A stretch of 57,790 bases of DNA, the filler included, from Gonapodya sp. JEL0774 (taxonomy: Eukaryota), in assembly GCA_027604505.1 (NCBI GenBank). It is 3 parts of 3 records of this genome, joined end to end, with 100 filler letters (N's around TTAATTAATTAA, not from the genome) between each part and the next. Parts side by side here need not be neighbours in the genome. Positions count along the whole stretch, not along the records: positions 38,760 to 57,790 come from JADIIX010000256.1; 2 more parts are not named here. The stretch is one strand, 5' to 3'. How positions within the stretch are numbered: the stretch's first letter is position 1; every line of letters starts with the position of its first letter. Shown here piece by piece: positions 48,633 through 57,790 of this stretch. The notes under the pieces were generated by a model. That model was not told the origin of the DNA. It saw nothing but the letters and a program-made list of their open reading frames with translations, and did no database searches. The position numbers were made by a program, and so were the translations under genes.

Positions 48633-51600
48633 AATTAACAGGCGTCAGTAAAGGTGAGTGAACTGGCCTTTGCGCACTTGATGGCCCCGCAATAGATATA
48701 CCACTCTCTCCTATTCTATCACTAGTCCATATCCATCATCAGTGACAGCCCCGTGAGGCGCTTCTGCGCATTTGTGTTTGCTCCATCAGCCAAGAGCGGT
48801 CGGACGTGCTACACCTGCCTGTTTTCAGCAGCTTCAATTAGATGGATGTCTTGTGTGTTCAGTATGGCAGTTGTTGTGTAAATTTTGTGAACTTTTGCTT
48901 TCTTTGGGGTTTTGTTCATTGTCCTCGTTTCTACAGGCTCTCCACATACTTCCACGAACATCAATGCGCCCGTGGTACTTGATGATGCGATATTTATTAT
49001 ATTGTATTGCATACATAATATAACTGCTTCGACTACTCATGCTCCTGCGGTCCGTCGGCGTTCCAACCCGCATTCCCCACTCCCATCCCAACGCCCGCAC
49101 CTTCTGCGCCGCAGCGGACATAGTGCAGAACTCATCTGAGTCCAATATCCCTCCCGGGTAGAACCAGCTCAACCCCTGTCCCACCGTTTCCGGCGGGCTC
49201 GCCACTCTCCCACTCCGGCCCGGCCTAACCTCACCTCATCCTCTCCTCTCCCCAACATACCGCACTGTCAACTCATCTGGATCCGTCTGAACTGTTTCAA
49301 ATCTTCCGGTCTCCCCGCCAACATATGTCTCAAAGCCCCCAACCGCACATAAAGTACTAGTGCTGATTGCATTGCTTCACGGAGCTTTTGCAAATGATGG
49401 CGGCGTGATCCTCCAGGATCCGTCCCTGTCGTGTCCCGTTCCCTCCCGCGATTCCCACTCTGCACCGTCCATCACCACATTTGTGCCCCACAGACCTCAT
49501 GGTCTCGATACCAACCACACTCAACATCCCACATCCATATACCCTCACTTTATCCAGCTGGATCCCACTGTTTACCATCCTGTGACGCCGCCAGGCGCTC
49601 GGATTCACTCCGACCTTCAACTCCCCAGCGCTGTTCACACAGACTCCTCAATTGCCGCATGTTTGTATCTGCTTCTCCTTGCGCGTTCATTCCTCAGTGT
49701 CCTTTCGCGAACCAAATCAGTGTGGGTTTAAGAAGAACGATGGCGGTGCCTGGCGGCAGCTGGTACGTGGCAGAACGGATGACGGGGTTTCCTATTGAGG
49801 AGAGACGAACGAATCAAAACCGAGAATGTTCGCGCTTCCCTTGCCGCCAAGCTCGTTTTCCTTCATGCCGACTGAATACCGTCGGCAGTCCGCCGTAATA
49901 GATGGCGAATGCACACTCCCTCCGTTGGTATCCTTGGTCGAGCTCCGGTCACGCTACAGTCGCTCCATCCGCCCCACGGCTTCTGTCTCACCCCATCTCG
50001 TACTTCAGTCACAACAATACGCAATCGCCGGAACTCGACATACGGCGGGCTTGTTCAGGGGTGGGAACATACTCCTGCAAGAGTCCACTGGTACGAGCTC
50101 ACTTCCCATTTTCACGATCACCGCCGTTCGGCTCCCAGCGCGCTCCAACCTCCCTGTCACCAAGACATTGGAGGAGAGAAAACGGCCTGGCGGGTAGCGG
50201 ATTTGTGGGCAGGGAGGAGGTGTAGCTGGGAACGGGATGGTGCGGAGAACGGAGAGGGGTGTTGACGATCATACGAGTGGGTCTGCCACACAGTAAACGA
50301 GCACGCATTTCAAACTTGACAATCTCAAACGCACCAATGGCTTCGAAGATTGTACCTTTGCAAACTTATCATCGCGTTTAAAGGCATTGCCGGTTTTAGA
50401 AAGATCTCTCTAATCAAACAGAGGTGGCATTTCAGGCGCCGTTGGGAAAACATAAGGGATAAGAGCCAGTGACTGTGGGGATTTGATCCTGACGTGGAGC
50501 CTGTGTTCGGGCGGTGGATTGAAGAATGCCAGACGACCAGGTCGAAGGGGTAAATGGGACTAAATACCTTTAGGGAGGCAGTGAAATAAGCAAGCGCAGG
50601 CAGACGTGAGTAAGTGGTTGACAAACTCCGCATCGTCCTTTCTAGGGTATGGGATGCTTGCTCCTGGAAAACACCCCTGGTGCTCCACCAACATACTAAT
50701 CACCTCCCCAACGTCCCCTTCTCTCCGAGGACATTTCAGCTTTGCCCGTTCTCAATGCACGCAGACGACAACACTGCGCTCACCGTCACCTTCCTCTCGC
50801 CTTCGACCCCAAGCTTCGGTTCTCCCTCATTCTCTTGATCTGCTCCGGGCGCGTCCTGTCCGTCCCACCAAGGAGACGGGACTGATGATAGGCGATGATG
50901 GTGGAGCTGCGATGCCGGAGAGAGTGGTGCGAGGGGAGAAGTGAGGGCACTGTCCAGTTGCACCACGTTTCCCCCACCCCTCACCACTCAGCACCCACGA
51001 AAATTGATTGAGTCAGAAATTTGGACACCGATCCTGTTCGTCGCCCCGCTCCCCAATCAAATCTCCAGTGCCTCTCCCCGTACCAGACGGCTGTCCTCCA
51101 CTCCGACACCTCCGTGATCCTCTCCACCTGCTCCCTCACCGTGGCCCTCGTTTCCACCTGGAATTAAACTCCCGCGCCACGCCCTGGTCGTCATGGCCGC
51201 CTGTTGCCATCTCGCATGGTCCTGTGTCCACTTCCACGTTTTGCGTCTCCACACACACTTTTCCACGACAAGGTTGATCCCCATGAGAGCCAGCCTCCAC
51301 ATAGACCTTCCCCGCAGTCATAACGCGTGGACACTGTGGTGCGCCGGTGGTGGTGTGGGGCAGGCACTCGAGGTAGCGACACTGGACGCTCTCGGTGCCA
51401 ACAGTTGTGGAGTGCGCGTCGGTGGGTAAAAGCAGGACACGGAAGCGCGGGCAGCGGTGGGGCGAGGCCGAAGTTTGGAATTCCTCGGCAGCCGTCTTCC
51501 GGGAGTGGGGTGGGGGGGTTGGTTGGAGAGCGGAGGACATTCATGGATATGCATGATATGTTCACTGACCCCACGCCACTCACGACCCCACACTCAACTC

Positions 51601-53229
51601 GTGCAACCAGCAATTGTCGGTTAGCACGTCACTGTGTAAGACCCTCCTTCAATAGACCTCGCCCGCAGCCGTCATGTCATGCGCGGTGCGGGAAGGCCAT
51701 TGCATGGGGTCTGTGTGAGTTGGTGACGATTGGACGTGACCGTGTGGAGAGGGAGATGGACCCCGAGTTGATTTCTTCGCAGATCCCGTGCGGAGAGTGG
51801 CCGAGGAAGAAGACGAGGGCGAAGGAGCCCGAGCGGAGGCTTAGACTGGAGGAAAGAAGGTGACTAGTGGGGCTTGTGTGGTGGCGTGAGTGAGAGGTTG
51901 GGGGGAGGTGGGAGTGAATGAACTTGGGATGGTACTTGGATAAGTACATGCGTACCCGAAAGGTCGCCACCACCAAACCATCGCGACTCGCGACCCAATA
52001 CGCACCGTCTTTGATCCCTTGTTCCCCGCATACCTTCCGTTGCCTCCAGATTCCCTTCTCAGTCCACCCATCCACAACTCCACCAGTATTGTCCTAACAC
52101 ACTCTCTTTTTCTCTTTGTGCCGCAACCTCTGTGCTTCTGTCTCTCTCTGCCCACACAATTCTTCCCCCTCTCTCAGATGCCTCCTTGTCTCCCTCCCGC
52201 CAAGTTCACTCTCTGTCGGCCACACAATCACTACTGGTCATTGCTGCTCGGACGACGACAGACGCAAACGGCATGATCATCTTCACCATATTGAAAAACA
52301 ACTGCGGTTATGAGCTCACCAGTACACGAGCAACTGAGAATCGGGGATGATCTCGCACGAACAATATAGTTCCGACCAATTTCAACCGTGGGGAAAGCCA
52401 AAAGTGTGGCACGTCCCAGGTGATTTTTGCTTAGGGGAAACCTCGAAATTCGTCTGGCCATCATTTGTCTCGTTTTTTCCATGTCGATGTTGAAATCGTT
52501 TGGGAATGTGAGCCTTGGAGCAATCTACAGTCTCTTCGCCGATCACTGGGGTGCAAAGTCCGACCGCTGTAAGTGATGTCGCGGACAGAAAGCTTTTAGA
52601 TCGGACTCCATCTTGCAGTCATTCCAGGTCGTTTTATTGCTCTTCGAAAATGCTGGCCGGAAACGGAAGGAGAACTCACAAATTCTGGAGTCAACCGTCC
52701 TGAATCCGATGCTCGCTCTCTGACTGTCATTTCAAATCGCAGTTTTTTAGCCCAGTTTGCACGGTGCTCCTCTCCCCATGCCAGCGTATTTGAACAACCG
52801 GAGAGAGGGTCTCTGGATTTTAGAGTTGGACGTTGTCCATGCGAATCTAGATGTTACACTGCCTAGCAACATGCAGATCTTCCATAAGAATGGATGTTTT
52901 GTCATGTATGCGCATGGAGATGAAGTAGCACTGGGTGCGATTCGTGGTTTGATCTGTCTGTTGTTCGATGGTATATTCGTCTGCAACGCTGACGCACTTC
53001 CCACGATCCCCCTAAACTAGGTATGTCTGTCGATGCCAATTGTTCGCCAATTTCCCCCGAACGTTTCCCATGAAAAGTGATTGCAGTTTGATTTCGCGAC
53101 GAAGGTCCTCTCAGAATTTAATCTGAGGTGCCGACTATGTTCCCTCGTCGATGGACCAATTCACTGCCAACGGTTGTAACTGCCATTGCCACAATTGAGG
53201 TGAGCGTAGTCATACTGTGTTTCATCATT

Positions 53230-55900
53230 GTGCTCGCATTCACTTACCGTGTCCCGATCATTGCTTGATCACCGCTTGTGTTTTTTCTTCTCGGCTTCAA
53301 CTGTGCGACGCTCTCCCTCCTCACCCTCTTCTCCGTCCTCTCCTTTCTCCACAATCACCGTCACGTTTTTCAAGTCGCACCCTGCAGTGTCCTTCGACAT
53401 TAGCCTGATAGCGGCTACCATTGATTGTGAGACAGCACAGGTCGCTCCAACAAGAACGCGGACATCTCCAGTTAATCTCGGACAAAATTTGACGGTGATT
53501 TGATGATCTTCAAAGACTGAGTATTGTCGCGTTTAGATTTGTTGACGTTGCTGAAAGAAGCCTTTGCAAACTCACGAGTACGCATCACACCAGTGAACTC
53601 TTCCGCGGCAGATACAGAAATGTCCGGCCCACGGAACACAATCGTCACATCTTCTTTGTCTTCCCACTGCATCAACTTCCTCTTCTTGGAACGCGGTTTG
53701 GAATCGTCTTTAACGCGTCGGTCCAACTTGGATATACGGTCAGTTTGCTTTTCTTGCGCAACCTGCAATTTTTTTAGGGAGTCTTTAACGCCAATCAACC
53801 CTAGAATCAAGGAAGGACCTAAGTCCGATGAAATTGTTTTTGGTAGAGTGTATGTGGTCCTGGCAATGCCGTTATCTACACTTCCTGCTGCGCGACGCGT
53901 TCTAGGGAAACTCCAGTAGCTGCGAAGCCGCATATAAATGGCAGAAGGTGCCTGATTTGTTTCTTCTTGCGAGATTCTTCTCAGTTCTTTGGCAGCGACC
54001 CCAAATGCGAAGGAAGCAGGTCCACCGACTCGACCGGCTAGTTCATAAGCGTTGGCAACGTCGTCGGCCATTCTCCTGAATGTGTGGAAGGGCTGTTAGC
54101 ACTACGTTCGTAAGAATGTGAGTTTTAACCGCACTTTGAAGACTTCCTTAGGCGTGTCCTTCGGACCTCCAAATCCTCCCATTCCTCTTCCGAAACACCA
54201 AATTTTCCGAATTCAAATGCCTCAATCATGCAAACCATTGCGGACTCGAGAATAAGGCAAGAAATTGCTGTAAGTTCAGGAATGAGCTTTCGGCCATGGG
54301 CATGGATCTTGTTCCGGAAGAACTTGAATCGACTGTAGGCTTTGTCCAGCGTGCCTGTCGGTCCAACGAATTGATCTGCTGACATTATTTCACCACGTGA
54401 CGATTGCGAGGGGAACATCAACCCGAACAGGGCAATCGAGACTTTTTCTAAACCCATAATGTTCAAGACTGGAAGTAGGTCCAGGTCGTAAATGTCTTCC
54501 AGTTTTTTCAATGGCGAAGGATCAAGCATCCAAGGGTAGCCTTTCAGGATTTCGGGGAGCTCCCTCTCGTTCAATAGGTCGGGATTCATCGCGAGAACTT
54601 CGAACAAGATTGTTCGGAATATATCTGTGGCGTCATCGGAGTCTTCGTACAGGATTCGCATACATTTTTTGTCCAGCTGAAGTATGGCGGACCCTGTTTC
54701 CCCATGAGGTGAGTGTTTCTCGTTCAAGCCTATCGCAGCCTTATGAGCTCACCGGGAAGTTGCTCCCATACCTCTTCACTCGCCTCCTTGTACTCAAGAA
54801 ACGCTGCGTCCAGTTGCTCCGATTTCAAATCCTCACCGAACTGCGTTCCAACGGACACTTGGTGTGTACTATCGTCAGGATTCTTCCCATGTGGTTCAAG
54901 CGACTCAGATGTAGAGCCATCGCGGGGATTGCTTGCTAGTTCCTGAGAGTGGTGACGCGGACTCGGTCTAAGTTCTCACTGATTTGGTTCATCGACTTAA
55001 TCAATCATACTAACACCGTCCCCTGATTGCTTTCTGCATTTCTCAGAAGAGGCGTGTGGACTGGGTTTCGTAGTATTCTGACCTCGTGCCAACGACTCGA
55101 AATCAACGTCATTCTTGCAACCCTTTTGAAGTTCCTGCGACTGGTAGCGTGGATTTTGTTTTGGGATTCTGCTGATTTGGAGAATGGAATCAAACCGGCC
55201 AACTTACCCCATCGCCTTCTAATAATGCCAGTTTGTCAACGAGGAATTTCTTCTTGGCACGGAATCGAATTGTTCCTGAAAATGTTTCGTGATTGAGATG
55301 AGTTACGTCCTTGATCATCCAATCATTTGCGGAAGGAGTAATACAAACCATCATTGCTCAAAAATTTTATCTCTTCTTCTCTTTTTGCATTATTGTAGGT
55401 CGCCTTTCCTGTCGTAGTGCTCAGAAAGCGTTTCGCAGAACTTATGAACTCGCTTTGCAAGTTTGTCCTCTCAGCGGGTTTTCCGGGCAATGAGGCGAAC
55501 ACCTCTGAGGGCTGCACTTCGTCAATCAATTCGCCTGGCTCCAAGAGTTCCCCAGATTCCATCGTGCTGTGGTTGGTGAAAGAAGGAGGATCGGCGTCTT
55601 TGCTGTGGTCGATCCTGCAACCTGAGTGGTCGTGCTCATTTGTTCATGCATATGCACCAGAATACTGAAACCTCTGGGTTGTGATTTCAGGAAACCACGC
55701 CGTGGATCAAAATACTTGCTCCCAATGAAACACAACAGACTTCAGCCAGTGGTCACCATACAATAATCTGGACGTGAACGTTCGCGTGAAAGGAATAAGA
55801 ATTTGTGGGGATAGAGCGCGACTATCCCTATAGTACCAGTGATTCCTCTGACAACTACCTCGTGAACTTTCACCCCATCGGCCCGCACTTCTAAAGATTG
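53230..55900 (-). CDS. Uncharacterised multi-exon gene (possibly decayed)
   Basis: Chain of same-strand ORFs (55742-55945, 55323-55562, 54125-54727, 53472-54071) with plausible splice sites; no family recognised. Confidence 0.35.
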
Positions 55901-56332
55901 AAATGAAAACACATTCAAACCAATGTTCACCAATGAAGAGCGCAAGATTAGGCGTCCCTTGAGTTACGGCAGATGAATCAACGGATATCATTAGGGTGGC
56001 TAATGGATGCAATCGGTGTTCGTTTTCCTTCCCCAGTAGTGCGTTGAACCATTGCAGGTAGGCAGGTCACATTCAATGAATCATTAGATTTACTTACTTT
56101 ACCACGGATTTTATGTTCAGGTAATATTACCGCATAGGAGATTGCGAACGCCGTACGGCCCTGTCTGATTTGCAGGGCATGCTGTGACCTGCGAAGCCAC
56201 CACAAAAACGGCCTGCCGCCCACTCCCCATGTCACATTCTGCAGTCGACGATTCCGCTGCACAAGGCGGCGGTGGCACTGCGGGCGGGGACGGCTTCTCC
56301 CGTCCGCCGGGTTTGACCACACCATTCGGTTC

Positions 56333-56431
56333 NNNNNNNNNNNNNNNNNNNNNNNNNNNNNNNNNNNNNNNNNNNNNNNNNNNNNNNNNNNNNNNNNNNN
56401 NNNNNNNNNNNNNNNNNNNNNNNNNNNNNNN
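56333..56431. other. Assembly gap
   Basis: Run of Ns. Confidence 0.95.
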
Positions 56432-57214
56432 TTCTGGGAAGCTCTGAGCGGATCATGCTTGCAGACAATAAACTATCCAAATTCGGTACGCTGAAAGAAT
56501 GTGGAATGAGATGGGAGCTTGATTGCTACTGTTGTGAAGGAGAGCGCGTTGAATGTCGTGGCATTGGCGGAGAGCTCCACTCACGTCTTCGCCTCGTGTG
56601 TATTCTTTTTCCATTCCGAAGCAAGTCAATCGTCTCGGTATATCGCCGTATAAATGGTTTCTGACTGCAGCGGTTGCGTGAGATCCTATCTTGCTAGAAA
56701 ATTTCCGTTCCATAGCAAACCAACTCGCATCTCTCCAGGGAACCCACCTGTGCGTGTTTACGAGGTTCAGTCGAACAGCCCGAATTCCGTTGGTCTCAAA
56801 TGCCAGTTTCCTATCTCGTTCGCCTTTCAAATGCCGTCCTTTCGTGACCGCTGCAGCTTACCAATCTGCTGGACGATGGATTGTGACCCCTTGAGGAGGA
56901 AGCCCTCGTTAATAACAAAGTCGGCCAGATCAGAGACTCCTCTCCTTGTGGACACCATCTTCCCAGACGCATCCAATTCGAACCTTCTGAGGGTGGCACA
57001 GTGAAGGTGTGGATGTGGGTGCGTTGCTTGACGGATGTCGATTGAACGACCGTCACTCTAAGGACTTACTTTGAAACGTTTCATCGCGGTTACCGGCGTC
57101 TTCCGAACCTGTGCCATGAATTCAACATTATTGAGTGTCAGAGAGCATCTCCAACCCCAGTCCGAGGACTTCCCTCTCTCCATCGGGACGACCCCCAAAA
57201 CAGCCCCGTCTCTG

Positions 57215-57790
57215 ACTGCTGCATCCACCCCCAATCAAAGGGAACTTATCACCTGCGACGCGTCGGGTCTGTCCGGGTATGGGACCTAGGCCACAACCAG
57301 TGCACCGTGAGCTGGTTCCCGAGGGGTAAGTCCTGACACCAGGTGAACCCCTCTAATTTGGTGTTGTAGCCCTGATGGATAAATCTCAACGGGCACGCAC
57401 TATGGATTCCGCTTCCTAGACTCCTCGCCACTTGCTTTGCCGACCAATCGTCAAAACATGGCGCCTCGTATCCAACCCTTCACAGCCCATCACATGGTCT
57501 CCTTTAAGGCGGTCGTCTCTCCTTGAAGACCCCAACGAAAAAGTGGGGCTCGTTCTCGAACGGACGTTGACCGAACATCAGAGACGGGTCTGGGACGCCT
57601 CGTTCTCTGCAGACTTTGTGTATTTGGTGACAGGTGAGTGAGTGGGCCTTGGTGGTCTGTGGGACCCTTTGCGCAATTCGCGGCATTTTACGAAGTTTTA
57701 ACTCACAGGATCTTCTGACCACACCGCCCGCTTATGGGATCTAGCATCCGGTGAGACCATACGACATTACAACGGACATCAAAAGGCGGT
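57215..57790 (+). pseudogene. LST8: LST8 (TOR complex WD40 subunit) fragment, frameshifted, runs off window
   Basis: [88 protein letters not shown], with several frameshifts. Confidence 0.8.

Noticed and set aside
48650..52400. Many short overlapping ORFs in a GC-rich, low-complexity stretch
   Set aside because: No recognisable domain or consistent exon chain; it may hold decayed sequence, but I cannot support a call.
56453..57056. Minus-strand ORF fragments next to the gap
   Set aside because: Stops in all frames and no family recognised.

Overview
Eukaryotic, intron-rich (GT-AG, many GTGAGT donors) fungal genomic DNA with four assembly gaps. Gene content and style suggest an early-diverging zoosporic fungus, possibly Gonapodya-like (inference only). 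About 1-19,350 is a mobile or decaying island. It holds an AcademH-type DNA transposon (RecQ-like helicase convergent with a DUF6589-type transposase that has premature stops), an F-box gene, a possible PD-(D/E)xK nuclease gene, intronless broken ORFs (84-bp-repeat ORF, RING/TRAF zinc finger, BSP-type peptidase), a degenerate HUH/Replitron-like ORF, a second RecQ relic and a copia fragment. About 20,100-46,100 is mostly intact genes: an SDR, an unusual modular repeat protein, two VOC/glyoxalase genes, a DUF726 (TMCO4/Mil1-like) gene, an LRR surface protein, a second F-box paralog, a Pex26-like gene, a beta-adaptin and a bacterial-type BCAT. The last 11 kb hold an MBL-fold gene cut by a 323-bp tandem array, an uncharacterised multi-exon gene and an LST8 pseudogene. 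The best leads are the AcademH element, the Replitron-like HUH ORF, and a W-x-P-R-E-x-x-S-T-x-P-x-L-K motif shared by the repeat protein and its convergent DUF726 neighbour. All family calls come from manual motif recognition, not database searches, and exon boundaries are approximate.
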